Of a stretch of 40,430 bases of DNA, positions 10,958-25,172 are shown piece after piece (position 1 is the first letter of the stretch; the number at the start of each line of letters is the position of its first letter). This DNA is from Phoronis australis (taxonomy: Eukaryota; Animalia; Phoronida). Where the stretch lies: contig NMRA01000462.1 of assembly GCA_002633005.1 (NCBI GenBank), positions 1-40,430 of the forward strand, in the 5' to 3' direction. Made by a program: the position numbers and the translations under genes. The notes under the pieces were generated by a model. It had not been told where the DNA came from, did not search any database, and worked only from the letters and a program-made list of their open reading frames with translations.

Positions 10958-13559
10958 NTTTTGGATAACATTCATCTCCGAGAGGATATTTGAGGCCACG
11001 AAAATACCTGAAGTGTTTCTAAGGAAAATTTGTATATGTAAATAGGAAATATCCGAGGTGCTCCAGATGTTCCGAGGGTAAATTTGTAGCTACGAAAATA
11101 CCCGAGAGGTGTTCCAAATGGGCCCTAACCTTTAGTTTTGTGCATATCTGGTACTAGAAGAATTTCCACCCATTTAGCCAGTGGCTAAAAAAACATTATG
11201 TTTATGGTCCGAGGTTTGGACTTAAAAAAATTGTAGCCTAATGTTTCAAATGCACAATCTTTTTATAAGAGCTAATGCTAACAACTGAATCCTTTCGTAG
11301 TAATTCTTGGACAGCTGTCTTTTTCACCCATTAAGCTTGAAGAAGTCGGCTCAGAGATTCCTGTTGTCAAAAATGAGTATGGTGTCCAAGCTTTTAAAAA
11401 TACAGGTATCGTACTAAAACCCCTTTTGCAGTAGGAAAACGGTACCATTTGCAGTGTTTTTAACTTCCAGAGTGAAACCCGTTGTAGTCATGGGAAAAAG
11501 TTTGCTTTGGTAGGGATTTTTTCAAGCACCATTTTGAAGAGAAATTGTTTGAGAAAAATTACCCAGTTGAGTGTCGTTTCTTGTATAAACTTGTGGGAGT
11601 ACCCCCGTGGAATGGTTTTAGGAGGGTACTCTGAAAGCCCAAGGATGGTGGAATGAACCCTATCCCTATACCTTACAATGTGTGTTGAACATCTTGGAAA
11701 GTACAAGCACGATTGTTATTTCAGAATGCGCTCATCAGATGCCTTCTAGCTTCCAGATTTGCTTCGATTTAAATCCCTTAAAGTTGCTGTAAATGCGTCT
11801 GATGTGAAAAAGAATAAATTTTCATCTGAACAACTTGCCACTATATACAGGAATTGGAATGACTATAAGAGGAAAATTTTCCAGGTGATCTATCATTTCA
11901 CAAATAGGCTTGTGTGATAGAAATATTTTTGTGTTGTAAAATTAAACTGAAATAAATGTTTTTGCATGAATCAAGTTAGCCAAAAAAAGGATGATAAAAA
12001 AGAAGCTGGAAATCGAATAAGAGGAAATAAAAACAAAAAAGGAAAATTCCAAGCCCTGTATATATCCCTGTCTCAACTTGTTCCTTAGTGGACTTCGAAG
12101 AATTCAAACTTTGTTAAAGCTCAAAGCCATTGTTATTGCACCAGGTCTTCAGCAATAACAAACTATCAGTTCAACCAAAGCCAATATACCAGATGTGATC
12201 TCAGTAAGGAACAGTACGAGATCAAGAGTCTAATCACGAGCGCACACATGAAGAGTGACATAAGACACTAGTATCCAAATCCAATGCCAATCTTCATGTG
12301 AGTGCTTGTGATTTTTGCTACTAATTTGGCCAAAAACAACATTGTTTGTACCAGTCCAATCTTATACTGTTACATGACGATTCTAAAAAGAGGTTGGGTT
12401 AATAGCAGCTAGAAAAATGGTACAATTTGTGGATAAGAAACTTCAAAAGGGTTCATTTTTTCAACACAGTTTAGTGCAGATGTTTTGTTATTCTCCACAT
12501 AGCATTTAAATGCTTTTTGGGCTAAACAAATTCCAGCCCAGTCTTGTATGGATTGATTTAAAACCCTGAAAAGGGATTATGCGATTATGTTTTGGGAATA
12601 CACCTCTAGAGTGAAACTTTCAATCCAAATCGAACTTGAAATTGTTTTTGTCACTTCTAGTCTGGACACTTTCTTGGGAGATCAAGATAGTACTTAATGA
12701 CCACTAGATTTGAGCTAAAATTTGAGTAAAAACTCAAGATTTCTAGCAAAACCTCTTACTCGAACTCTTAACTCTAATGCTGGGATCATTAATTGCCATC
12801 AACAAGCACATAGAATAAAAGAATCTTTGTTCAAACAAAACTAGAATAGAAAATAACAAACATAATTCTGAGTAAAAAGTTGAAACCCAGGGCCCAGGTG
12901 TTAACTTCATAATGATTTATGCTTTCACAAGGCAGGGAATGTGCAACTTGAATGGCAGTCGGGTCTTTAGTAACCTATTCCCATAGCAACACTGGTGTAG
13001 TCAGAATTATTCAACAGGTTGCTAAACTTGAAATTGTTGGCAACCAATGACTAATGTGAGGTAACATGGAAGCACTGCATCTTGTCCCCTGTCCCTGTCC
13101 CTTCGAAGGCAAGAACAAAACTGAAATGAGTTTCTATCAGGGGAAGGGTTTGCAATGAGGAGAGGATAGCCCTGTTGTGCGCCCACGGCTACGTTAATGC
13201 CCAGACTTAGTACTTCAGTCTATTGCTAAACTGAACCATATTTCAAATCAAAACATCAGCAAAATAAAGTTCCCAATGGTTAGATAAATTTCTTGGCATG
13301 TTGTGTGTTTTGTAGCTTATGAGTATATACTATTTCTAGGAACACATTAATGATGTCAACGTGCGGGTGTTTGCCAGTGCGAATGTTCTGAAGCATTTCA
13401 CACTGCCCAACTCTTGCCACGAGGAGGCCCCTCAGAAAGAGTCAAAGTTGTAATTTTGAAAAACTGTTCGAAAAGACCGAAATGTTGACTAAAATCACTG
13501 CTGTATAATAGTAATAATATTCGTGCCAAAGTAATGAAACTTTTCAGAATCCCTGAGTG

Positions 13560-13720
13560 TATCTCTACTAAAAGGGACGGCTTTGATATTTTAAGTAGGC
13601 CTATTGGCAAACATATGATTATTGTCAAAGCATCTCTTAGAACAAGTCTGACTTCATCCATAGAGTCGTCACAGTGTACAAGTGTATTGTCATCTGCGTA
13701 ATAGCGGAGTTGCAACGCCA
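13560..13720 (-). pseudogene. Non-LTR retrotransposon (CR1/L2-like) RT fragment
   Basis: LRYYADDNTLVHCDDSMDEVRLVL contains the YADD motif in LINE-type context. Confidence 0.65.
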
Positions 13721-14314
13721 CCATATGAGAAATGGGTCAGGATGTTGCATTGTGGTTAAGCCGGTAAACAAGTACGTCGGCAAGCGTGGGAGCGAACCGG
13801 CCACAGGTAGGTTATACGTGTTGTGTGCCTGGCTGTTATAATACCAGTTACCGCGATAAAAAAAATTAGTTACTACCTGCTTCCCAAGGATCAAGAACTG
13901 CGTTGAACATGGGTCAGACACATCGGTAGAGCTGGTAACAAAGGCCGACTTAGCGAATTCTTTCCGACTTCTTAGCATAAAGTATGCAGCGCTCTCTTTG
14001 AGGGCGGCAAGAAAACGCATCTTGGAAGCTGCCCAACAATATTTCCCTTGAAAGAAACAGTAATAAATACTCCAAGGCGGTTGGTAGTGAAAAAAAAACT
14101 TTTCGCTTGACCAGAACCAAGCCAACATGAGCAATTTTGAGGATAATCACGGCCTCTGCACAATCACCTGGTCTGGGTCAACTCACTTAACGTACGCACA
14201 CTATATGCATTAACGCGCTTAGATAAAGCTTGCAGAATATTATTATTTAATTTCTACAAAACTGTGGTGCGTTGCTATCAAAATTCGTTGTCAAATTACG
14301 ATCATTTTTCAGGA

Positions 14315-14520
14315 AATTGTGCTGAAATCCCAGGGCGAAATCTCGCCGACAAAATGCGTAGCTGCCGGTCTCACAATTGTCGTTGGGGCTTGAATTCTTG
14401 AATAAGAATACAGCTTCGACTCAACAAATTACCTGAAATCCTTCTTAAGTTTTCCAAATACGATTTTTAAGTTCTTTTGGAGTCTGGATTAACTGCAGAT
14501 TAAGTCCAAATCTGCGCTAG
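14315..14520 (+). repeat. Dispersed ~205-bp repeat, copy 1 (copy 2 at 25512-25720)
   Basis: Shared AAATTGTGCTGAAATCCCAGGG.GAAA..CTCGCCGAC ... TTAAGTTTTCCAA ... AAATCTG.GCTA. Confidence 0.8.
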
Positions 14521-16125
14521 ATTGTAGCCCGCAACACGAGAACAATCTCTAGAGGAACACACATGTTGTTGTCACGTGACGTTTGTTTTGAAGTTTGTGT
14601 GTGTGTGTNTCAGTTTTAATCACTGTGCCAACTCAAAAAAGGGTGAGGTTTTATCTTGCTGACTATACAAAAGAGTGTGTTTAATCCTAATTTCACAGCA
14701 ACAAACACCCTCCGAAATAATTGAATACTCTGTACGACTGTAGCCTAGGATGGCAGTCAGAGGCAGGCACTGCATGCTGAATGGCACCGACAAAAGCGAT
14801 GTCAGTCATTATAAAACTATTGCTAGACTGCATTGACTGTATTTTTATGCTCCTAACTTCTGTGGGTAGTGACAAGTGTGCCAGTGTATTATACATTACA
14901 ATGACAATGTCAATGTCATGAATAGCAGTATTTCAGCACATTATCCTTATCTGACCCAATAATTCAACCTTCACGGTAATCACGGGAGCTTACATAACGT
15001 ATATGAACATGTTACCATACGAGAGGGTGTGCCCTGAAAAGATCGAGGCAATCTCCCGTGGCCACGACGCACTTAGCTACTCCTTTCCCGCTATTCGGTG
15101 CTATAGTGTGCCTAAAATGACTGTTGTTGTGAATGGCCTAATGCCCTAATCAGCCTATCTCTTCCACAAATTATTTTGTAAAAAATCACATCACTTCAGA
15201 ATACAGCATAGTATACAAGATAATAATTATCATTAAATTTTCGTATACGTTACTGCTGATGTATTCCTTGACTCGTTAGCTTTGAAATGCGGGAGTTTGA
15301 CGAGAACAGAGAGATTTAAACAGCTATAAATCCATCGACATTCTTCCCGTACTGGAAGTCGCCATGTTGGTGAACTAGTTTGACCTATTATTCAACTGAC
15401 CAATAGAATGCCTTGTTTCTTGAAATCGGAACAGCCAATGATATTCCAAGAATGCACATGGAAAAGTGCGCTGTAGCAGACCCCAACCAACCTCGAGGGT
15501 CTGTGTAGGAGACTAGATGAATGGGTACCTTTTGTATAAAGCATGCGGTTAACGTGTGAGTACATTTAGTATTACGCAAAATGTTATTGTATCCTGCTTT
15601 AAATGACAAACTGTAACCGCCAATTGATGGCATTTTGACCCATGAAGTTAAGCTTGAAAGAAAAATAGTCTTCGTTATTGGAAGAAAGAGCATAAAACAT
15701 TCGGTGCAGTAGCACGTGGAATAGAGTGTGTCAGCGACTCAGTGTAGACGTGTAGTCTTTGACTTTATCAGTTCCTGAGTCACTAGTATCATCGTGACCT
15801 ATTTAATGAAACAATACAAAAAGCGCGGGAGTTTTTAAGTTGGACGGTTCAGACTCGGGTATTATTGAATGTGTTGCATAGCATATCTTGTCACTGGCTG
15901 TTGCCCATTGATTTGTCACTGACACTGTGGTCACAGTCTAGCCTCTCGTTCAGTAGCGCTAGAACCTCGCTAAAAAGCAAGACTTTGCGAGATTACGGGA
16001 GATATTGCCGTGTATTTTAAATGAGAACATGTGACTTTGACAAGATTTTAGCTAGGTCTTGGCGTAGATCCTGGCGTTGCTGAACGCACGCCAGATCATC
16101 ATATGCTAATACTCAAGGCCAAGGA

Positions 16126-16598
16126 CAAGGGGGAATCAACAATTGGTCCGTCATCTAAACCACTTGCCCATACTTCGAAATCAGCTGGCTGGACTGCAAA
16201 CCCCAATGGTCAGTGTTCTAACTTGGTTTGTTGGACCTCAAAACAGGTTTGCCAGTACATCAAAACCAGATTGGGATAGACGCAATTAAAAAACTAGTTG
16301 GACGGATCTTAAACGGGTTGGGTGGTGCTCAAACACTATGGCCAAACAAATCACTGATTTTGAACAAAACAAACACTAGATGTCATTTGAATCCTTTGAG
16401 ACATTCAGAGTGAGTCTCTGAGGAAATCCAGCTGTTGTGATTGATCACCGGCCAACTGGTTATACCAGCCATCATGTTTTGGGTCCAGCCTACTAGTTTT
16501 TTAGGTGAAGCCATCGCATTTTGAAGTCCAGACCATACATTTGGTTTTGCAGTCAACCGATTGGTTTTAAAATCCGACCAATTGTTGATTTTCCTATG
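16126..16598. mobile_element. Foldback MITE (~470 bp)
   Basis: AATCAACAATTGGTC near both ends in inverted orientation, plus internal inverted blocks (GACTGCAAA/TTTGCAGTC; AAAAAACTAGT/ACTAGTTTTTT). No clear TSD. Confidence 0.65.
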
Positions 16599-17757
16599 AT
16601 ACTGTCCTCAACTCTGCTCCAGTGTTACTTGTAGACCTAGGCTATCTACGGTCAGGGGTTACATGCTAACCAATAACTTTTGAGTAAAAGTATCCCAAAA
16701 ACCTGTAAGCAAAGGAAGTTTAGACTTACATAGTAAACTCCCACCAATTTAGTATGCAATACAGCTGACAGGTGAAATTTTGTTTTCTTACTCTTTCCAT
16801 CACTCCAAATTGATGCTTTTCCATGTTCATACCATAGTAGTTACCAAATTAGATGAAATATGTATTGTATTGCCTTCTAGAAGTTACTGTCATGACATGT
16901 ACCATGTTGACAAAGTGTCTTTTCATGTTGAATGTCAAAGAAAAAATCAGCTCGACAAGTGGATATGTGTGTGATATCACCTTTTTTGAATGACAGGTAA
17001 ATTAACCATTGTGCAAGTAAAGCGACATTACTTAAATTGTTGGTTCATAAACACAAATTGTGTATATATATAGTGTTATGTTGAAGCCAAAGTAGTGTGC
17101 GCCTCGGTCAACCAAACAATTTAACTCCTTCAAGGCTTTTACATCACCTGGTGGTGGGTAGAAGGGGGCACAACCCAAATATTTAGGTAAGGGGCGTTTT
17201 TGAGTTTTGAAAGTTACAAACATACTTGCTGTCTGTGGAGGGATATCTAGAGATTTGGAATACCAGACTTTAATAGCAATCTAAAAACTATTCACGAGGT
17301 AACTAATGAATTTCATGTATTTATTGGCCTGAATAGGAAAATTGGTTGGGACTAAACCCTGTAGCTTCCAGTCTCTCAATTGGTCTTTTGTGGCATGTCC
17401 TCTTTATTATTTTAACTGAACTTAAACAATGCAGACAACAAGCAAGGAAACCCAGGTGCAAGTTTGGGATTTAACAATGGACTGAGATCTGGGGATCTTA
17501 AAAGTGCTACCTGCAAGCTATTCCCTCTTTAGTGAATGTCATTTACTAAGACCATGCTATGATACTGTTACGATGAAATCTCCCCAATTTAGGATGGTAT
17601 TTGGGAGAAGTGGAATGAAGTTTTAGACAAGTAGCACAAAATAAACGTTTCATTATTTTTAAGGTATATACCATAGCTACCTTCGGACAATGTTTTGATA
17701 AACTGTGGCCATTCACTACAGTTTTATAAGTCTTTGAAAAATGGAGATGGCGGCATT

Positions 17758-20017
17758 CAGTGTTCTCCACATCTGAAAATCTAAACAGGTTGCACGCGTA
17801 AAAACTGCAACGTGCCGGAACCGCGCGGCGGTCAACGTTCTTCATAAGCTAGTGTGCAGTTTTTTGTGCACCTTATTTTTACCCACGCATTTTAAAAGTA
17901 ATGCACAGTATTGCAAACAAATAACTGTGTTTATTCCAATTTTTATTTGTAAAAGATAGCCTTATTTACAAACATATCAAATATGTCATAACCCAGTTGC
18001 TTAGTCAGTGACTTTGAAATGGAAGTCTACAGAGTGTTTGATACAGTATGGGGAAATGTTTTAGGCTACTCAATAATGATGTCAATGTCAACTAAGTACA
18101 AACTGTCTAACACAGAAGTAAACTTTTCCTATGACGTAGACAGTCCAAGTGAAGTGTCTTTGTTAAGTCAGTCACATTTTTATGTCTTGATAGCAGAGTT
18201 AACGTTTTCTCTCAGTCTGTACGTGTAATATCTTGCACATTCTTACAGTCTGAATTCGATGTTCTGAAGCTGGTACAACATATTGCACATCTGTACTACC
18301 AAAACTCTTGTAAAAACTGCACAATACATGAGTCCCCCTTGAATGCAAATTAGGTAGGGTAAACAAAACAATTCACTTGCATTTTCCATCTAGGCCTACT
18401 TGGACGGGAGTGTCAGGCCTGTTGATGACAACCAATATTTCTAAAAAGATATCAACTGAATTATCAAACGCTTGCAACTATGGAATTCCCATAATTTTCT
18501 GGATTGTCACAAACTCATTCTTCCAGATGAAAACCATCTATTCTCATGTTAGAGCGAATTGTATTCATTTGTATTGCCGATGTCTGACGTTGTCGGCAAA
18601 AATTCCGGTTCACCGTTTGTGACACTGATATCTTCGATTCATTGACCGAGCCTGGCAATATCACCACCATCCAGCCCTGGATTATCTGTTGTATCTGCAT
18701 CTGAGTCAACGTCAGTATCTGAAACATCTCTCGGTTTTTAAAATAATCCTTAGGTTTATCGGTGCTTCGCTTTCGTGCGGCAAACGACATTTCTAAGTAT
18801 GTAGAATGCGCATGTCAATTGGTAACGGAAGCCAGGATAGAATTCACTAACTTAAGGACCACGCTAGGTAAACAAAACTCTGCGAGATTACGCGAGATAT
18901 TACCTTTTGATTTCAATGAGAGCACGTGGTTTTGGCTGCAATTTTTCAGCGCGAAACACATATACTTTGAACTTTACTCAGTGACGTAACCCGCTGTCCC
19001 AAATCTCGGAATACTCCCCCGAAGCCGCAAACGTCACAGCCACTATCGAAGTTGAGTTTGCGAACGGCTCGGCAGATTTTTAGAGGGAGTATGCGCCACA
19101 AACATAAGGTTCATGCTGCCAACGAAACTCCTTATAAGGCAACGAGATGAACTCGGTCAATCTCAATGGGCCGGTGGCACAAAAAGTAACCAATAATATT
19201 CATCTAAGTGAGAAATACACAAACAACAACCAATGAGAACCATCAAAGGCAGTTTCATGCAAATGTTTTTGAGACTGGTATCGGTAAAGTCTGTCGTGGG
19301 GGGCCCACGGAATATTGAAAAATGTGCTACGAAAACCAAAATTCTGGCCTCCTAGAAGACGGCCGTTGCATAAACTGCTGCGCAATGGTGTCTTTGCTGA
19401 CAACATATACTTCGCAGAACTAACCACCGAGTCTTAATTATTTTATTTTCAATGGGTAATATGATTAGTTCTCCGCCGAACACAAAAAGGTGACTGCAAA
19501 AGCGAAAAGGCCTAACGCAACGATCAGCGACTTTCATGTGGACTGCACCTCCAGTGAGCAGGTAGTGGATTAGCCATATAGGTAGCAATGGGCCTTTGTT
19601 TAAATTGACTAGTTGTTCCAGATGAATTGAAAAGATAATCGAAAGATTATTTACACCCGCCTTACATCATAAATAGACTGCGCCTTACATCATAAATAGA
19701 CTTTCAGCCCGGTCTGCCGCTTGAGTGAGTCCGGTGATTAGGCTGTCCACAAGGGACCACTGATGTCCTTAGGCTTAGCCTTTATTCAGTTTCAATGAGC
19801 TATGGCCAGTTGCTGTCAAGCGTAATTTGAACCAGTGAAGAACTTATTAACGACGATGACGCCTTATTTACAAAGTAGTCCCTATATTTTTAAACTGGTC
19901 GCGGGATTTTTAAACTGGACGCTGGATTTTTAAACAGGACGCAGGACATTTAAACAGGACGTGCGCTCGGCCAAACAGGACGCTGCGACACATTAAAAGT
20001 GGTCGTGGAGAACACTG
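17758..20017. mobile_element. hAT-like non-autonomous element (2.26 kb)
   Basis: 13-bp TIR CAGTGTTCTCCAC / GTGGAGAACACTG; GGCATT on both flanks; subterminal 20-bp repeats; possible decayed transposase N-terminus on the - strand (18790 downward). Confidence 0.85.
19887..19985 (+). repeat. Subterminal 20-bp tandem repeat, about 5 units
   Basis: Units approximate TTTTTAAAC(T/A)GG(T/A)CGC.GGA. Confidence 0.8.
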
Positions 20018-21394
20018 GGCATTGTGTTTTCATGGTCTCGCGACTTCATTGGGTGGAATTATGAGCTTGATTGACATGCCGGAAGCTAAGGGACATTTCG
20101 CTGCTGTTTAGCTTTCAGTATTAAATTCTTAAGCAAAGCATTTTGAGCTTTTAAAAAAGCATTGTTGCCAACCGAGCCGACAACTCAAATTACAGGGCAA
20201 TCGCAGATGTGCTATTTTCATCGTCTTGAGTCACTGATGGTGTCGTTCCTTTTGGTAATGTACTTTATAATCTATCATGGTGAGGAAGATTATGAGACCC
20301 ATTAAATGAGAGGAAACCGTCAAATTTTTGTTTTAACCAGTAAACAGAGTATATCGTAAAGATGTATTTGCATGCTCCTAACTATGCTAATGTACAACAG
20401 GAACTAAACAACAATGCTATTTGAGCATCATCTACACTTAACACATTACAGCTGTATTCATTGACAACTTGTAAATGTTGAAACAAAAAAATCTGCAAAT
20501 AGGTGACCTTTTCACAAGTGACGTACCTTAGGGGGCTTACATAACCCGCATCATATGCAGTCTTATTCCCTACACCATGTCAAAGTACTTATTGGACATG
20601 GTTGGGTGTTTTACGGCGGTTCATTTTTGACACAAAACTCGTTCTTAAAAACAGTTGGCAATTTTCAATGTACTTCACATTGACATCGTCGCTATATGCT
20701 GAGTTTCTAACCAATTTGACCAAGCAATCACAGAGGTAAGCAATTAGCGTGCAAGTTGCACTTTAAAATAGTGACATATGGCAAATATTATTTTGTCATA
20801 TTTCAAAAAATGTACTTGAAAAATTAACCACAACGATTGTCCAATAATTTTTTTGAAGCATTTAGCTTTGTAATCAGCTTGATTTGTGACAATTTTTGTT
20901 TCAAATTCGTGAAATATACTTGCAGGTGGCTGAAGTACATAAAATTTTGTGTGTAGTATACACCTGCTGACGTCTGATATGGAGGTGTGCCAAAATAAAC
21001 TTGACAAAACAAACAAAGTTCACCTGGATTGAAGCCCACATTGAGTACAGTACACAATTCTTTTAAAGTGGATTTTATTCAATGTTTTCAGTTTTGCTAT
21101 AAAACTGTACTGCCTAAAACAACCTTTCCCTGTTCTTTAAATACTTCAAATGTACCATCAATATTTTTGCTGTCATTTCAGTGCTCGTAGGTGCCATTTC
21201 TGTGTACCGTCATCTGGTCTTTAGGTGGTCATCTCGCAGAATTTTGAATTTTCTGCTGTCATTTCCCATATACATGCACTTTGCCAATTTAGCTGGCTAA
21301 ACAAATAACAATTGAAGTAGGCCTGTTGCTCTAATAACTGGTATTCCTTGCCGCGATAGGATTTCATTTCGTTACCAACAAGAACATAGGTAGT

Positions 21395-21536
21395 GTCTCA
21401 ATCTCGAGGGTAATTTTTTAATCACTTGAGAGGAATTCTGGGGCCTTACGTGGGGAATTATGCATGATTTTGAAATATTTTTTAAAGGGGAATGGGGCCA
21501 ATATTCAGTCCCAAAATCGAGGGATTGAGTGCCCTG
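21395..21536. repeat. Dispersed transposon end; inverted relative at ~31144-31265
   Basis: GGGAATGGGGCC..TATTCAG.CC(C)AAAA...GAG.GCCC is shared with the reverse complement of 31144-31265. Confidence 0.55.
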
Positions 21537-22162
21537 GACTGAGATAACACAATGATTTATTGCGACTTCGCATCCGCTGTGACCATTCACCACCAAGCTC
21601 CTTTCGAAACCCAGGGGAAACACTGTCGACTATTATTGCGAATTCAAAAATGGCGCACATTAGCATTGTTGTTTTTATTTGCACCTGGTATTCTGGAGGT
21701 CATCAGTATGATCTGTTGTCATTATCAGTTATGTGTTTACAGATCAATTGAGGACACCAAGTCTGGCCTCTTACATGCTTGCGCTGCGCACCAACACAGG
21801 CATATAGTTTATTTCAATACACTAGCCCCTCCCCTGTAAGAGTAAGATACAAATTGAAAATAAGGTTGGGAACAAGACAGTAAACCTAATAGGAAACTGA
21901 ACTCCATTCTGGTCTTATGTCACTTGTGACCTCTTGTCATGGTCATCCATTCAGTGCAGCCATCAATCAGCTGATCCAAGTAACTAGGTCACTTGGTTCA
22001 AAGATTATTCTGATAATACATCTGCTGGCTGGGAACAAGGAGGCCAGTGTCATTTTAGGTCAGTGCATGTCTATCTGGCAGTGGAGGCTTACTGCTAGGT
22101 TAACTATATTAATTATTACATGGGAGGTGAGATCTGTTTGATTTGTATTCATTCAGGGAACA

Positions 22163-22458
22163 CAGTGTTCTCCGCAACCTGTTTTGAGTTGTCACTATGA
22201 TGAGTTTGAATTTTGCCATGACGAGTTTGGCTGTGATTGCATTGAGTTTGAAAACCAATGCAACAAGTTTGAAGTGCCGATATTGGGAGATTAGTCATTT
22301 TGTAAGACATTTTGGTACCAGTCCAAATGTCCAATGGATTTATTTCAAGAATTTAACACACAAACTCCCCACAGTATGGACATGTACTTACGGAACACGT
22401 GCTTGAATTTTGTAATTATTCCAGTCCAGTTTTGAATTTTCTGTTGTGGAGAATACTG
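22163..22458. mobile_element. hAT-like MITE (296 bp) with the same TIR as the 17758 element
   Basis: CAGTGTTCTCC / GGAGAATACTG termini; flanks GAACA / GATCA; related degenerate copy at ~30945-31087. Confidence 0.7.
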
Positions 22459-23778
22459 GATCATTTTAGAAAATGTGGCTATGAGTCAATTGGCCTCAAA
22501 TCCAAGGGCCAATTTTTGGGACCCATGGATCACTTATTCAAATATGTGCCCCCTTTTTTGATTAGGTTTTTGAGGGATACTAAAGCCTTTAGGAGACGTA
22601 CGTGATTTCATCTGCTACCTCTGTACTTGATGAGATAGGTGACTAGTCTGAACCCCTGACTGCGTTTCAATTTAACTGAACACATAATTCCACAGTTAGG
22701 GTCTGCAATATGCTAGACCTCATATCGCTAAAATGGTTGTTTTGATCATCTCTGCATTGCAGTTGTTTTAGAATCTGATTGCAATGCTTATTATTCAAGA
22801 CAAAATCAGGCAGAACTGCGACAGTAGTGTGCCTGTTGACCAGAGTTAAGTAATCATAGTTCCCCCATTGCGTTTTTAGGCTTCCTCATATAATCCATAT
22901 GGTTTGCTCAGCATGTTCTGAAGTACAATATTGGTGTTCCCAGAATACCCAGCTGTGACTCACCCTCATTGTGTGCCAAGGATCACCTTGTACAACTTGC
23001 TTTTATTAGTTATCTGGGGGGTGGAAACAGTTCCTTGGCTGCACCTCTAAATCTCAGCTTTAATCCGCTTGAGACCTCTGTTCCGGACATGCAGACCGTA
23101 AACCTTTGGTGCAAATCTCCCCTAAACTCTATCCATCAGTGATCAAACTCCAGTTTGGAGCACCTTACTCTAGTCCTGGCCTAGGCAGTAGTCTTAGTGG
23201 TGAATGTGGTTTCCACCCCCTGTTATAAGTGGCCATGTAACTGGCCATTATAAGTTTTTGTGTGATTCATTGAAGCTATTGTAAAGGTATTGCACTGAGG
23301 CTGAATGTGATTAGTATCACATGTTCTGTTGTATGTTGTGGACAGCTGGAGTAAAAGCATTGTTTGGTTTTCAGCAAGAAACAGACTGGGGTGTGAGTTA
23401 CTTTACTGTTGAGCTGAGTGTTGTGATCTAATACTATATCTGGTATATTCAACATTCACTTCCTTAGTCTGGCATGTATTTCGTATTAGGGAAAACAGCA
23501 TCATTCTTCTGATCTGTGCTCCCGATTCAATTTTGAAAGTTGCACCTCAAAGCTGTTTTTTGTCCTGCTTACTTGATTAAAAACAAATGTTGAATTAGAC
23601 CTTTTACCCTCAAGTATAAAATCAACATCATAATATTCCTCGCTCTCATATGATTTTATTTTCGTTACCGACTCAATTCATGGGCAGTCGGGCAACCCGT
23701 ACATGCGCCATTTTCAAAATCACTCGCAATTTTAAGGTTGGCCCATCCCAATAAACTCCCAGCGTTTACTTCAGTCAA

Positions 23779-24198
23779 TAGTGCCGTTTACACTTCAAAA
23801 GTTGACACAGATCAGCTGACACGGAACAAGTTGTTCAGTGTGTAAACGGGACACGGAGCAAATTGACACCGCGGTGACAAATTTTGCCACCCGTTTGTGA
23901 GGTAGAGCAATTTGCGCCCGAACATCTTGTTCCTTGTCAATCATATGTCTAAACGCGAAACTGGGGCAAGACGGAAAGGATCATCTCTATTGCACTTGCC
24001 TAATGACCTACGTACAGGTTCTTTGTCTCTGCAACTCTCGTCATGTGTATACTTGCGCATGTGCAATCCAGTCTCTCCAGCCTGCAATTTCCGTCTTGCC
24101 ACAGTTAGTGCGTTGTGTGTGTAAACGGCCGCTTGACACGGGTCAATTTGCTCCGTGTCAGTTGCGCCGGGCCAAAAGTTGATATCTAAACGGGACTA
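23779..24198. mobile_element. PIF/Harbinger-like MITE (~420 bp)
   Basis: Termini TAGTGCCGTTTACA / TCTAAACGGGACTA; inverted internal blocks GACACGGAGCAAATTGAC / GTCAATTTGCTCCGTGTC. Confidence 0.7.
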
Positions 24199-25113
24199 CT
24201 GATGGTTTGATGTTGTTGAAATGTTTTCTTCTATTGTTGATTGGTTTCAATATATTCTTGTTGGTAATGGGAAGAACACCATATCACAATTAAAAATATG
24301 TGACCATTTTTATTAGAGTACTAAAAAGGCCTAATTGGTTTTCGTTTTTAGCCATATAAGCGGGTCGAAATGGTATAAAAAGTCCGCCTACATCAATTTT
24401 AGCCACGGTATTGAATTTACATGCCACACAAATGCAAGCAAGCCAAGTTTCTAAATGCCGCGGTTTGCCAAGTCTGCCACTATCACCTGACATTGACGAT
24501 CAGTAACTCACTGCCTTGCACGCAGAACTACCAGTAGGTCTTGGATTGAAGTTATACTTGTCAGTTAACTTCACAGCAGGGGAATTTGACTGCAAAGTGG
24601 CCACACATTGATGCAGTGTGCGAGGTATGTGGTCCGTTATCTTGAAACCCTAGGTGAATTAAGAGTCGGGGTCGGTACTTGCAGTTGAAGTACAGTAAGT
24701 TCCCTTGTTCATCATCGTTTGTTCATCAGTTCATCACTATTGGGGCGTTAACCTCAGTTGAGTATATATGTAAGTTGTCGATGGAGGAGACATGTCCCTA
24801 GGACCAGCAGACTCCAAATCCTCGGTACAAGTTCCCAATCCTGCAACACATGTTCCTTAACTACACTGATTTGCCGGTGATGCCCCATGCACCACCTTAC
24901 AGGGTGTCTGATGGCAACCACATTCCAAGCCTGGGGTTCAGATTCCTTAAAGAGCTTTAGAAAAAGGGGTCACACTCACAGCTCTGTTTACTGCAAAGTT
25001 AACTTGCGTTCTTATCTTCTGTTCTGCGCCATAGTTGCCATCTAGGAACTGAGACTGAGAATCATTTCAAAAAATAAATCTGACGTTTTTAGAGCACAGC
25101 TTCACGCATTTAG

Positions 25114-25172
25114 AATGGGGCTATTTGGAAAATTTACATTAACTAGAGGGCGCGCGTGTACTAGTGGTGATA
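25114..25172 (+). repeat. Short terminal repeat related to the 9891 and 28330 termini
   Basis: AATGGGGCTATTTGGAAAATT...TGTACTAGTGGTGA; first 21 nt differ at one position from the reverse complement of the 28330 end. Confidence 0.7.

Noticed and set aside
11724-11884. Exon-like segment between TTTCAG and CAG|GTGATC
   Set aside because: Stops in all three frames.
13637-14163. Overlapping - strand ORFs up to 165 aa
   Set aside because: No recognisable motif or splice support.
19887-19985. CRISPR-like short repeats
   Set aside because: Contiguous tandem units without spacers inside a eukaryotic transposon.
23221-23407. Possible solo LTR starting TGTTATAAG
   Set aside because: No CA end, TSD or second copy.
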